Assembly: GCA_963845145.1 (NCBI GenBank) | Contig: CAWJQU010000001.1 | Coordinates: 1-64,000 of the forward strand | Origin: an uncultured delta proteobacterium | Lineage (GTDB): Bacteria > Desulfobacterota > Desulfobacteria > Desulfobacterales > QNYZ01 | Length of the DNA: 64,000 bases | Direction: 5' to 3' | Shown: positions 29,698 to 40,465 of the stretch, one piece after another | Layout: the number at the start of each line of letters is the position of its first letter | How positions within the stretch are numbered: position 1 is the first letter of the stretch | Notes under the pieces: model-generated | What the model saw: the letters and a program-made list of their open reading frames with translations, nothing else | Told to the model about the DNA's origin: nothing | The model's database searches: none | Translations under genes and position numbers: made by a program

Positions 29698-32379
29698 ATG
29701 AATCATATACGAAGATATTTTCCTGTAATATGTCTTTTTACTGTAGGTGTGACGATATCATTCGCCATGTTTTGGTTCGTTCACAGTAGCCAACAGGAAG
29801 CTCAGCGCAGCGAATTCGAATTTTGGGCAAAATCGCACACAAACGCTGTGGAACACACGCTAAATTATTATATTGGAGCACTTCATTTCCTTGGTGATTT
29901 TTTTAACAACTCCTCCCTCGTGACCCGTCAGGAATTCAACAACTTTGTAAAAAGCGTTCTGCCCCGCTACCCAGGAATCCAGGCATTTGGTTGGGATCCT
30001 CTTGTGAAGGACGACGTACGTTCCATTTATGAAACCGAGGCTAGGAAAGAGGGGTTCGATAATTTTGAATTCACCGAGCGTTCGGAAACAAATAAGCTGG
30101 TTCGGGCATCACGGAGAGAGGAATATGTCATCGTTTATTTTATGCAGCCCATGGAGGATAATAGACCTGCATTTGGTTTTGATATCGCGTCCGATAGTAC
30201 ACGGTTAAAAGCCATCACAAAATCTTTCAGCACAGGAGAATTAACTGCTACCGGAAGAATCACCTTGGTGCAGGAAACCGGCGACCTGTTCGGAGTTTTG
30301 CTCCTACAGCCAATCTATCACGAAAGTGTTTCTTCAAATACCCGGGAAGAACTCCTGAAAAACCGAAAAGGATTTGTGGTTGAAGTCCTTCGAGTTGGCC
30401 AGGTAGTCGAAATCGCGCTGAATAAAGTTGCCGATAAGGGGATTTCTTTGGCTCTTTACGATATGTCTGCTGGCGAAGAAGCTCGTTTTCTTTACCACCG
30501 GCCTTCTCAGATGTCAAAAACGGCAGGTCAGCCAATAGGAGCTGAGGAAATTCAAAGTGGCCTTTTCTGGAGCAAAACATTTGAATTCGCCGATCGCCAA
30601 TGGAAAATTTTGTTGACCCCGTCGGATTTCTTCTATCAATCTCTCCGGACATGGCCAGCGTGGGTTGTCTTATTTGGTTTGTTGTCACTGACAACTCTTT
30701 TAGCACTCTACATGCTAAGAAAAACTCTATACACCGCCGAGATTGAACAACGTGTGAAAAACCAGGCGAAAACAAACCAGAAGTTAAAAAACGAAATCAC
30801 TGTGCGAAAGCAGGTGGAAAAAGATCTCAGTCAGAAGCAAAATCAATATGAACGCTTGGTTGAAAAAACTCCCGGTATTCTCTACGCCTTTTCTTCCACT
30901 AAAGGTGGTACATACTATTCGCCCCAAGTTGAGTTAGTTCTTGGATACTCTTCTGACTATTTGTTAAAGAACCCCTTTTTATGGAATGAATCAATCCATA
31001 AAGATGACAAGGAAGAATTCGTACGGACTATTCTGCAATCAAAAATAAAGAATGAATTTGAAATTGAATATAGGATCAAGGATTCACAAGGTAACTGGCA
31101 TTGGTTTCTGGATCGTTCCATAAGCATACAGCGATCTCAGGATGAAACTTTAATTGAAGGGTTGGCGATAGATTTTACGGAAAGGAAAAAAGCTGAAAAA
31201 GAAAAGGCCGAACTGCAAACTCAGCTCAATCAGGCCCAAAAAATGGAATCAATCGGTACTCTTGCGGGTGGTATTGCCCACGAATTCAACAATATACTCA
31301 GTATCATCATTGGTAACAATGAACTTGTCATGGAAGAATTACCTGAACGGAGCCTTGCCAGGGAAAGTACTGAAGAGATCGAAACCGCAGGAATGCGTGC
31401 CAGGGATGTTGTGAAACAACTCTTAACCTTCAGCAAGCAGGACAGTGGCGTTAAAAAGGTTATGAATTTCAGATCTGTGGTGCAGGAATCCATAAAGCTG
31501 ATTCGGTCGTCAACCCCTGCAAACATAGAGATACAACAAACTTTATACGAGGATGTTTATTCAGTTTTGGGCAATGACACCCAGATAAATCAACTACTTA
31601 TCAATCTATGCAATAATGCTGTTGATGCCATGCCGACAACTGGAGGGATACTGACTGTTGAGCTTTTAAATGAAACCGTGAATGAAAAGCATGCAAAGGG
31701 TCACTTGAATTTAAAACCCGGTCAATATGTTAAGTTGGTGGTGAGCGATAATGGCTATGGGATGGACAAAGAAACAATCGATAGAATATTTGAACCTTAC
31801 TACACTACCAAAGAAATCGGCCATGGATCAGGTATCGGGCTTGCCATAGTCCACGGTATCATTGAAAGACATCATGGTTCGGTCACTGTTAACAGCCACC
31901 CGGGCCAAGGAACCATTTTTACCATATTTCTCCCAGCCCATGAAGTCCTTATCGATCAGGAAGCCGATGAGGAAATTTTACTGCCCACAGGGAAAGAGCG
32001 TATTTTGTATGTTGATGATGAACCATCGATAGCAAAATTGGGCAAGCGCCGTTTAGAAAATCTTGGGTACACTGTTGAGTCAACAACTGATCCATTAGAA
32101 GCATTGGAGATGGTAAAAACAGATATAGATAAATTTGATCTGGTTATTTCAGATATGGCTATGCCGAAAATGACTGGAGACAAGTTGGCCATTGAGCTTA
32201 TGAAAATCAGACCGGATATTCCGTTCATTTTATGCACAGGATATAGCAAGACCATGTCAGAGGACTCGTCTTCAGAAATTGGAATTAAAGCGTTCGCCTA
32301 CAAGCCAATTGTAAAAGCTGATTTGGCAAAAACGGTCAGGGAAGTGCTGGATCAGGTCAATGGTAAAACTCAACAATGA
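29698..32379 (+). CDS. Hybrid sensor kinase (CHASE - PAS - HisKA - HATPase - REC)
   Basis: CHASE motifs (YPGIQAFGW, AFGFDI, ITLVQE), LAGGIAHEFNN H-box, and C-terminal ILYVDDE...SDMAMP. Confidence 0.93.
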   Translation: MNHIRRYFPVICLFTVGVTISFAMFWFVHSSQQEAQRSEFEFWAKSHTNAVEHTLNYYIGALHFLGDFFNNSSLVTRQEFNNFVKSVLPRYPGIQAFGWDPLVKDDVRSIYETEARKEGFDNFEFTERSETNKLVRASRREEYVIVYFMQPMEDNRPAFGFDIASDSTRLKAITKSFSTGELTATGRITLVQETGDLFGVLLLQPIYHESVSSNTREELLKNRKGFVVEVLRVGQVVEIALNKVADKGISLALYDMSAGEEARFLYHRPSQMSKTAGQPIGAEEIQSGLFWSKTFEFADRQWKILLTPSDFFYQSLRTWPAWVVLFGLLSLTTLLALYMLRKTLYTAEIEQRVKNQAKTNQKLKNEITVRKQVEKDLSQKQNQYERLVEKTPGILYAFSSTKGGTYYSPQVELVLGYSSDYLLKNPFLWNESIHKDDKEEFVRTILQSKIKNEFEIEYRIKDSQGNWHWFLDRSISIQRSQDETLIEGLAIDFTERKKAEKEKAELQTQLNQAQKMESIGTLAGGIAHEFNNILSIIIGNNELVMEELPERSLARESTEEIETAGMRARDVVKQLLTFSKQDSGVKKVMNFRSVVQESIKLIRSSTPANIEIQQTLYEDVYSVLGNDTQINQLLINLCNNAVDAMPTTGGILTVELLNETVNEKHAKGHLNLKPGQYVKLVVSDNGYGMDKETIDRIFEPYYTTKEIGHGSGIGLAIVHGIIERHHGSVTVNSHPGQGTIFTIFLPAHEVLIDQEADEEILLPTGKERILYVDDEPSIAKLGKRRLENLGYTVESTTDPLEALEMVKTDIDKFDLVISDMAMPKMTGDKLAIELMKIRPDIPFILCTGYSKTMSEDSSSEIGIKAFAYKPIVKADLAKTVREVLDQVNGKTQQ

Positions 32380-32480
32380 AGGGGCACTGTTAAAAAAACG
32401 TAAATATTTATAACCGTATCTTGAACTGTTATACTGGATTTATTCCAAACCTTCGTGATGGGTGCCGACTGTAAATACGA

Positions 32481-32496
32481 TGGCATACTATTTGCG
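32481..32496 (+). promoter_or_regulatory. Possible sigma54 promoter
   Basis: TGGCATACTATTTGCG about 115 bp upstream of ATG 32610. Confidence 0.55.
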
Positions 32497-32609
32497 AAGT
32501 TATATCAGTTTGGGTTATCATTCACCGCATATTACCATCTAATCACCTGCATATAAATGATGACCGAAGATTTACCGTCTTTCAATCGGATAAGTGGGTT
32601 TAGCGCGTT

Positions 32610-33984
32610 ATGAGTAAAAAGGAAGCATTTAGCCTGGTCAACGAAATGATTGAGAAAATTGGCGATTATTTCAGTCCCAGAGATTCTAGCCCGGAAGAAA
32701 GATCGAGACGGGCCTTAACGGGCTTTCTGGTGATCGCCACCGCTCCTACATTATTATTGTTTTCAGTTCCCCATTTTGTCCGGTCGGAATATCTTTTCGG
32801 CATTTTATTACTTCTTGGATCGGTGGCGGCTGTTGGTAGTTTGGTCATTTTAAGAAATGTTGAAAATGTTGTGATTTACCGCATGCTCAACATTGGATTC
32901 ATCGGTGTTCTTTTCCTTTATTTACTCAGCGCAAGCTCTCCTCGTGGAGATATGGCTCTATGGCTGTATGTATTCCCCCTGATCTCTTTTTTTTTGTTGG
33001 GACGGCACAATGGTCTTTATTTCAGTGGTATATTTTATCTTTGCGTTCTCCTTTATTTAGTGTTCCAGGAGCAACTTACAGTGTCAACGCCCTATGAGAC
33101 CAGTTTTAAGACGAGATTTCTTTTTTCTCTATTGCTGGTCAATTTTCTCACCTATTTTTTCGAATTAATTCGTTATAAATATCAAGAAGGGAATGATTCG
33201 AGATCAAATCAAGTTGGCCGAAGCAAAAAAGGACGCCGAAAGAGCGAATGCGGCCAAAAGTGAATTCCTGGCCAATATGAGCCACGAGCTGCGCACCCCT
33301 TTGAATCATATCATCGGTTTTACCGAGCTGGTTGTTGATGGACATGCAGGTGAGTTGAACAAAACCCAGAAAGAGTATCTCAACGATGTCCATGAGAGCA
33401 GTTCTCATCTGTTATCCTTGATCAATGATATTCTCGATATATCCAAAGTGGAAGCGGGTAAACTGGAGCTGCAACCCTCAATTGTAGCTTTAAAGGAGCT
33501 TTTAGAAAACAGCCTGGTCATGGTTCAGGAAAAGGCGTCAAAAAATAGAATAAACCTGTCATGCGAGATCAATGGTATCCCTGAAACCATCAAGGCGGAT
33601 GAGCGCAAACTCAAGCAGGTCCAATATAATCTTCTCTTCAATGCGGTAAAGTTTACACCTGAAGGCGGCCATGTAAAGCTATCAGCGCGAGTTATAGATT
33701 TAGAGAAAGATTCTGATTTTGACCATCTGAAAACCGACTCCAACAATCAAAGTTGGGTTCATATCAGCGTCACTGACACGGGTATCGGTCTGTCGAAAGA
33801 GAACTTGGATCGCATATTTAATCCCTTTGAACAGGTAGAAAATTCAAAAAGCCGTAAATACCATGGCACCGGGCTGGGCCTCTCGTTAACGAAAACGCTT
33901 GTTGAACTACACGGGGGTAAGATCTGGGCAGAGAGCGAAGGGGAAGGAAGGGGTTGTAAATTCAATTATATTTTACCGTATTAA
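32610..33984 (+). CDS. Membrane-bound sensor histidine kinase, split by a +1 frameshift near 33190
   Basis: A multi-TM ORF (32610..33263) overlaps a HisKA/HATPase ORF ([19 protein letters not shown]); one extra G at gaagggaatg. Confidence 0.85.
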
Positions 33985-34159
33985 GGCCAAAAATAGACGA
34001 TTTTTAGATTATAGTCGTGTAAAATTCAACAAAACGAGGGTGGTCGGCCGCAGGTTTTGCGCTTTTTGGCAAAGCTGCCATTTGGCCAAAGCATGGTCTA
34101 TGGTTGATCGTTCGCACTCCCACGCCTCCACAATCTCTTCCTGAGTATAGCAGGCCAAA

Positions 34160-34390
34160 TACATGCCGGGCACTCTCAATTGTCTTCGTCCACGCTTCAA
34201 CCTGTAACGGTGGGGATAATTTGGTTTGAGGGCGGGCTTGGGATTCGGTGGCGGGTAAAATACCGCCAATTGGTAACAAATTATCATAGACTTGCGCTGA
34301 CTCAATCCTCCTGTGACCATGTATCCGGCTAGTATCCCACCGCTCTTGCAATTCGTCCGCAAAGAGATACCATCTGTAGCCGCCGGACAT
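34160..34390 (-). pseudogene. Fragment of a phage/MGE protein carrying a PATESQARP motif
   Basis: ERWDTSRIHGHRRIESAQVYDNLLPIGGILPATESQARPQTKL, recognised from memory as a motif of MGE proteins; no intact start or end. Confidence 0.5.
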
Positions 34391-34397
34391 AATACTT

Positions 34398-35846
34398 TCA
34401 GGCCACGAATTCGACAATTACCTGTTTTTTTTCGTCAAAATAGTCAATTAGGGTTTTGTAGCTCACCAGATCGATCCGAAGAGTGGCCCAGTGGATACCA
34501 TGAACCCAGGTAAGCTTGAGGTTGTCGTCGGGGGCATCTTCGATGGTGAACTGGCCCTCAAATGCCTGACAACTGCTCCTGAATTCCATGAGCCGCAATA
34601 AACGCCGTACCACTGGCTTCTGGATTTCGACGGCGATCTCGTCCAGGGTGTAGTTGTGACGATTGACGTCCCGCCCGTTTTTGGTCTGTTGAACCAGTTC
34701 AATGTCGTTTTCGCCAGCCAGCAGCCCCACATAGTAAACTTGGGGAATACCCGGTGTGAAAAACTGGATGGCACGAGCAGCGATATAAGAATCGTCGTTG
34801 CACGCCAGCGCAGAGTAATAGGTGCAATTCACCTGATAAATGTCCAGGTTCTCATATTCGGGACCGGAAAATATTTTACGGGTATTGGCACCCTTTTCAT
34901 CCAGACCATCCAGGGTCCGCTGAATTTCTTCCGGTGTCAACAGGTCCTGCACGTCCACCACACCAATGCCGTCATGGGTGTCCAGGGTAGTAATCTGTTT
35001 TCGGGGACAGATGGCCAGCCATTGTTTCAGTACCAGACTGGTGTGGTGGTACAGGGTGTGCAAAACCAGCATAGGTAGCGAGAAATCGTATGTCCAATAG
35101 CCGTGGGCGGATATCTTCTGATGATAGCTGTAGTGTTCGTGAACCTCCGGCAGAATATCAACGTCAAAGGGTGAGATAAAATCCTGAAGCCATTCTAGCA
35201 ATTGCCACACCTGGGGCTCAAGAAAAAAGCAGTTGGTGCCGAGCTTCACTGTGGAATAGGCAAAGGCATCCATGCGGATCATTTTGGCTGGGGTCCGTGA
35301 TAACTTGATCAGGTACCGACGCATCACTTCGCGGGTTTTGGGAGAGTCCCAGTCCAGATCGATCTGCTCATAGTCAAAGGTGCACCAGACTTTCTCCTTG
35401 GAACCATCGGCGCGCTGGATGACGGTATAGGGCGGCCGGGGTTTACGGGTGTAAACTTTGGCCAAATTCACTTCACTGATCTCACCGGTCGGGTTGAGTT
35501 TGTTGAAACTCAGGAACATGTCGGCGAATTCGGAGTCCGGTCCCTTTTCGAAATAGTCTTGAAAATATACGGAAAGCCTGGAAATGTGGTTGACCATGAA
35601 ATCGATGACCAGGTCGAATTCCTGCCCGATAAGGTCGATATCCCTCCAAGTACCGAAGGCCGGATCCACTTCATCATAGGTCAATGGCGAAAATCCACGG
35701 TCCGCGGAAGAGGGGTAGAACGGCAGCAGGTGGACACCGCCTATGGCCTTGCTCAAATGCCGGCGCAGCACATAATGCAGTTCGATGAGATCGCCACCCA
35801 GACTGTCCGGGTAGACAATCAGCTGGACTTGGTTTTTAAGTGTCAT
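34398..35846 (-). CDS. gtfA: Sucrose phosphorylase (GH13_18)
   Basis: KNQVQLIVYPDSLG, ADRGFSP, IRMDAFAY, ILPEVHEH, TTLDTHDGIG and YQVNCTYYSAL motifs. Confidence 0.92.
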   Translation of the reverse strand: MTLKNQVQLIVYPDSLGGDLIELHYVLRRHLSKAIGGVHLLPFYPSSADRGFSPLTYDEVDPAFGTWRDIDLIGQEFDLVIDFMVNHISRLSVYFQDYFEKGPDSEFADMFLSFNKLNPTGEISEVNLAKVYTRKPRPPYTVIQRADGSKEKVWCTFDYEQIDLDWDSPKTREVMRRYLIKLSRTPAKMIRMDAFAYSTVKLGTNCFFLEPQVWQLLEWLQDFISPFDVDILPEVHEHYSYHQKISAHGYWTYDFSLPMLVLHTLYHHTSLVLKQWLAICPRKQITTLDTHDGIGVVDVQDLLTPEEIQRTLDGLDEKGANTRKIFSGPEYENLDIYQVNCTYYSALACNDDSYIAARAIQFFTPGIPQVYYVGLLAGENDIELVQQTKNGRDVNRHNYTLDEIAVEIQKPVVRRLLRLMEFRSSCQAFEGQFTIEDAPDDNLKLTWVHGIHWATLRIDLVSYKTLIDYFDEKKQVIVEFVA

Positions 35847-35849
35847 GGC

Positions 35850-38039
35850 TTAACCTCCATTCGCCTTGGCGGGAAAGCGGTAATGTTGCATCCCCTCAAT
35901 GATTCCCCCGGCGTATTCGCTATCAGCAAAATAGACATTCCGACTGCCCTTCAGATCCGCCAGTTCATGGCTGTAGTTGGCCACCACCACGGCTCTGGGT
36001 TCTCCACGCAGCATCTCCTCATCATTTCCCGAATCACCGCACACCAAAAAATTCTTCAAAGGGATTTCCCATTTGTAGCTCAGATATCGAATGGCCTTTC
36101 CCTTTGAAGACCGGTAAGGCAGGATGTCAAGGTAGCGATCGTGGGAGTAGATCAGGTTGTACCTGCAACGATGGTGCAGCAGGCGATCATGGATGGTGGA
36201 TAGGCGATCTTTGGCCGGATCCATATAGTAGCTAACCTTGAGGCGATGCTGGGTTTCTTCTTCCTGGTATTCCAGAAAATCAAAGTCTTTCAGCAGTTCG
36301 ACGATTTTAGCCCTGTTCCATCGGCTGGCAATGTGGCTTGCCCATCCCGGACTGGGCGTGCTGCTCTTCCCATAGAAAAGGGTGCTGCCTACCGAACAGA
36401 TGATTACGTCCGGGTCAGGGATCCGGTACTTTTTGAGAATCGTTCTCGCAGAATCGGCGGTCCTTCCGGTGGCCACTCCGAACCCCAAGTGCTTGCTGTT
36501 CTGATTCAGCATTTGCACCAACTTTTCCAACTGGCTGTTGTCGCTGCCAATCAGCGTATTGTCGATATCGGTGATCATGAAATGGTTAAGCTTCATCAGC
36601 CTTCGGCCAAAGGAATCCGTGGGTTTGGCGGTGGCAAGCGTGGATCGTTGATTGGCGGCGGTCAGCTTGCGCATAGCGCTGGCATATTCACGGGCATGGC
36701 TTTGCCAGGTGTAGTGCTTGCGCACATTCATGATCCCGTTTTTCGAGTAGCGTTCCCACAAATCTTTATCGGCGATAATTTTGCGGAGTGCGGACGTTAT
36801 CTGCTTCCTATGGGCCACATTCACCAGAATACCGTTTTTGCAGTTGCGGACGATGTCGTTGGGTCCACCGTCATCGGTGGCCACAATGGGTAGTCCGGTT
36901 GCGGACGCTTCCAACAGGGTCAGGCCAAACGGCTCCGTAAGCGCCGGGTTAACGAATACCCCTCTTCGCTCAGCGGCAATCCGATAAAGGGCCGGCACTT
37001 CGTATTCGAAATTGTGTTTCTTGGGGATAGCCATCTTGCCGTACAGGTCGTATTTGTCCATTGCCAGGAGCATCTCGGTGAGGACTTCGCGTTCGTTGTC
37101 CGCCATGGCATCGATATCTTTTCGTAGCCCGGCAAAAACGGCCAGATTGGCCATGCTCTGCAGTTCGAGATCTTCACCATAGGCCCGTACCAGCCCGGAA
37201 ATATTTTTGCGTTTATCCGGGCGGCTCAGGGCCAGGATCAACGGTTTTTCCGGGTTCATGAAGAAACGGTTCAATTCATTGAGCATAGAGGCCTGGGCAT
37301 ATCGGGCTGTCTCCGACCGTTCACTATCGTCATGCATATCATGATAAAACGGATAAAACGTGTCGATGCCGATGCCGGGTGGGATAACTTGATATTCGGG
37401 GATATCCTTGTTGTGGTAAAGGCCGTACTGCTCCTCGATTTCATGCCGGGTGCTGGTGACCACCCGGTCCGCCCGGGCCACGATGTGTTCTTCCGCCTCG
37501 ATGCGACGGTCGATCTTGAATTTCTTGATAATTTCTGCCTCGCTCATCCCCTGGTCCAGGAGCCGGGCCAATTTGGCACGGCCAAGGGAGTGGCCGGTAT
37601 ATACGAAAGGCAGACCGAAGATTTCTGCAAGCTGCGTGGCCACATAGCCGGCATCGGGATAATGACCATGGACGATGTCCGGCATGGACTGGTTGCGCTT
37701 GATGAACTTGATCGTCTTGTCCACATACTCGTCGAGATGGGGCCAGAGCAGCTCTTTGCGCATATATTTGCGTCCCCCGCATTGAATGCGAATGATGCGA
37801 AACTTGTCGTTGACGACCTCAAGGGGTTCGCTGTAATCAGAAGAGACCCGTTTGTCGGCAATCAGGCGGGTAAATAGATCCACCTTGCCGATATCCTCTC
37901 GGGCACTCAGAGCCGTCCCCAATTCCAAGACATATTTTACCTGTCCACCGGTATCCGCATCCCTGCCCATCTCCAGATTTTTCGATCGAATCAGCCCATG
38001 CAGGCTGAACAACTGGACGTATGGCCTATCAACGGCCAT
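35850..38039 (-). CDS. sps: Sucrose-phosphate synthase (GT4) fused to a HAD-IIB sucrose-phosphate phosphatase domain
   Basis: HGLIR..LEMGRDADTGGQVKYV, TGHSLG, SRPDKRKNI and VNPALTEPFGLTLLEA; HAD motifs TDIDNTL and GDSGND. Confidence 0.92.
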   Translation of the reverse strand: MAVDRPYVQLFSLHGLIRSKNLEMGRDADTGGQVKYVLELGTALSAREDIGKVDLFTRLIADKRVSSDYSEPLEVVNDKFRIIRIQCGGRKYMRKELLWPHLDEYVDKTIKFIKRNQSMPDIVHGHYPDAGYVATQLAEIFGLPFVYTGHSLGRAKLARLLDQGMSEAEIIKKFKIDRRIEAEEHIVARADRVVTSTRHEIEEQYGLYHNKDIPEYQVIPPGIGIDTFYPFYHDMHDDSERSETARYAQASMLNELNRFFMNPEKPLILALSRPDKRKNISGLVRAYGEDLELQSMANLAVFAGLRKDIDAMADNEREVLTEMLLAMDKYDLYGKMAIPKKHNFEYEVPALYRIAAERRGVFVNPALTEPFGLTLLEASATGLPIVATDDGGPNDIVRNCKNGILVNVAHRKQITSALRKIIADKDLWERYSKNGIMNVRKHYTWQSHAREYASAMRKLTAANQRSTLATAKPTDSFGRRLMKLNHFMITDIDNTLIGSDNSQLEKLVQMLNQNSKHLGFGVATGRTADSARTILKKYRIPDPDVIICSVGSTLFYGKSSTPSPGWASHIASRWNRAKIVELLKDFDFLEYQEEETQHRLKVSYYMDPAKDRLSTIHDRLLHHRCRYNLIYSHDRYLDILPYRSSKGKAIRYLSYKWEIPLKNFLVCGDSGNDEEMLRGEPRAVVVANYSHELADLKGSRNVYFADSEYAGGIIEGMQHYRFPAKANGG

Positions 38040-38934
38040 TGGGACCTCCTTTCATTAGCGGTCGGAAATCATAGTAAAAATTTTCATTATCAGGCACCGC
38101 ACCGCCAATGCCGCATATTCGTGCTGCAAACCGGGATGCCTGACTGAGGGTCTCATCCCAGGGAACCTGTTGCATGCAGCCAGCAGCCAGGATGGCAGCA
38201 TATCCGTCACCGGCGCCGACCGTATCGACAATGGGGATTCCCGCCGCGGCCGGGATGTTGATTTGTACATCGCGGCTATAAAAAGAGCTTCCCCGGCTGC
38301 CTCGGGTCAGTGCCACGGCGCTGATCTTGAATGTTTCCATCAGCCAAGGCATGACATCGCCTGTTGCGGCCGGGCCATCAAACCTGAGTTGGATGTCGGC
38401 GAGCTCCGCTTCGTTGACTTTAAGCAGGTCCGCGTGTTTAAGCGAACCCGCCACAGAGTGGGCATTGACATGGGGCGGCCGCATATTGATGTCACAAAAG
38501 CACATGGTACTTTCAGCTTTTCGGGAAAGAAAATCTTGAACCTGACGGCAGCCGAAATCGGTTCGCTGTAACAGGCTGCCGAAATAGATCATTTCAGCAA
38601 CACCCGCATTTAGTACGTCAGAAGTGTTAATATCAAAATGGTCGTAAGCCACATTCTGGCAGATATCAAAATTAGGAATGCCCTGCTCATTTAAATCCAC
38701 GTGAACCGTTCCCGTGGGCCGCAGGGAATCTATCTGGACGTCGGCTTCACTAAAGCCATTTTTTTTCAATATGTCGATGGCGCGCCTCCCGTGGTGATCA
38801 TTCCCCACACGGGTGAAAAAACGCACTGGAAACCCCAGCTGGTTGAGGTGAAAGGCAAAGTTGAACGGCGCACCTCCGATCCGCTGGTAATCCGGAAAGA
38901 TGTCGATGAGAATCTCACCGATGACAATAATCAC
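38029..38934 (-). CDS. PfkB-family carbohydrate kinase (fructokinase)
   Basis: GGAPFNFA, DINMRP, LKVNEAE and VDTVGAGDG motifs. Confidence 0.92.
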   Translation of the reverse strand: MIIVIGEILIDIFPDYQRIGGAPFNFAFHLNQLGFPVRFFTRVGNDHHGRRAIDILKKNGFSEADVQIDSLRPTGTVHVDLNEQGIPNFDICQNVAYDHFDINTSDVLNAGVAEMIYFGSLLQRTDFGCRQVQDFLSRKAESTMCFCDINMRPPHVNAHSVAGSLKHADLLKVNEAELADIQLRFDGPAATGDVMPWLMETFKISAVALTRGSRGSSFYSRDVQINIPAAAGIPIVDTVGAGDGYAAILAAGCMQQVPWDETLSQASRFAARICGIGGAVPDNENFYYDFRPLMKGGPNGR

Positions 38935-39378
38935 GTGATTCTCCTAAAATTATTAAATGTGTAATGAAACTACCGACGGGCTAAAAACAGATGATAAGAT
39001 CTCTTCTGTGGATTGGGCGATAGTTGATCGCGCTTGCCGATCTATGTTCCTATATTATGCCTTATCGAACGGATTTATGCAAATTAAGGGCTGTGAGGGA
39101 GATGGTACGATCTATATCCTTTCCCGTGACATTACAATCGGGCCAAGTTATAGACGAAAGACGATAGCGGGGCGCTAATCATGGTGAAGGAAAGCCATCC
39201 GACCAAAAATGATTAGATTTATGCATTTAGCTTTGCATATCCAAATCGAACCACAAGAATTGCAGAACCAGTGATATCATAATCAAACGGATTCGGCTGA
39301 AGCGGTGATATATTTTGGTTCTACCCGCATGTGTTTTATTGAAGCTGAAAATTATATAATTATCAATCATAACACCCA

Positions 39379-40200
39379 TTATCCTATCACTTCTGAAGCC
39401 CTGACCAGCATATTCTTGAAATCATTTTGGGTCGATGTGAAACGAGCTATTGCCCGAGCTGTTTCGGGGAATGGATGCCCTATACCGATGGCATGTCCGT
39501 ATTTTCGGGCGCAACCAAGAAGCAAATAGAGCTGTGAAAGAATATAGGACTCATCTGGACGGTTATCCAGAAACACATTCCTGTATCCAGAAACGATATG
39601 CCTTTTTTTGGCGATCTCGTATGCCACAGAACCAAACGAGGTAAGGCTGTCAATAAAGAACAGCCCGTTTTCCTTCACCACCCTCAGTGCATTGCTAATA
39701 CCCTCCCGGTCTGCAGTGAATCTTGATCCCATATGGTTGTTTACCCCGGCAGCATAAGGAATATTTGAGATGTTCTCCTCCATTATATCGGTTATCCGCT
39801 GGGGCGCATCTTTGACATACAATGTCCCGGGACCAGGGTCTAACCGCCCGTTATAGGGTTCCATGGGTTGATGTACCATAACCTCATGCCCACGAGCATG
39901 GATTTCATTAGCTAGGTCAGGACTGTTTTTCAGCCTGGGTAAAATGGAAAAAGTAATGGGCAGGTCCAGGTTCAGAAACTGCCGGGTCCGAGAATAGCTG
40001 TAGCCAATATCATCAATGATGAGTGCGATGCGGTATTTGTGGTTAATACGGTATCTTGGGTGAATGCGATATCGATATCTTGAGTGGTTGATATTCTCAG
40101 AAATGCCGGGAGATTTAAAAGCCCTTGAAACGCCGTTTAAACCGAAAAGGCTTCCGGCAAGCAAAGATACGCTACTCGACAAAAACGTCCTTCTGTCCAT
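39379..40200 (-). CDS. Divergent polysaccharide deacetylase family protein with Tat signal
   Basis: MDRRTFL, IALIIDDIG, HQPMEP, GVNNHMGS, FFIDSLT and AIGIGHP motifs. Confidence 0.92.
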   Translation of the reverse strand: MDRRTFLSSSVSLLAGSLFGLNGVSRAFKSPGISENINHSRYRYRIHPRYRINHKYRIALIIDDIGYSYSRTRQFLNLDLPITFSILPRLKNSPDLANEIHARGHEVMVHQPMEPYNGRLDPGPGTLYVKDAPQRITDIMEENISNIPYAAGVNNHMGSRFTADREGISNALRVVKENGLFFIDSLTSFGSVAYEIAKKRHIVSGYRNVFLDNRPDESYILSQLYLLLGCARKYGHAIGIGHPFPETARAIARFTSTQNDFKNMLVRASEVIG

Positions 40201-40306
40201 ACTCCCCCTGCTCCACCTCTTGATAAGCCGGTTGTTTTCAGTGCGTGCTTCGCAGCCGGCCTGGCTTTATCTTGGAAGTGATATTTAAATTACGGAAGTA
40301 AGTTTG

Positions 40307-40323
40307 AGCAAGAGTCGTGCCGA
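40307..40323 (-). promoter_or_regulatory. sigma54 promoter
   Basis: Minus strand reads TCGGCACGACTCTTGCT, about 105 bp upstream of the deacetylase gene. Confidence 0.65.
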
Positions 40324-40465
40324 ATTGATTATTGCAGTAATAACTTAATGTTAGCTAATTTTCATGCATGATAGAACAATAAATTGTGGAATATATACCA
40401 TAATTATCATAACATTTTTTTACTAATTGAAATTTTAGAAATACGCCTAAATGGGATATTTATAC

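Noticed and set aside
33186..33195. Programmed frameshift in the histidine kinase
   Set aside because: No slippery heptamer or downstream structure; similar isolated indels occur throughout the window.
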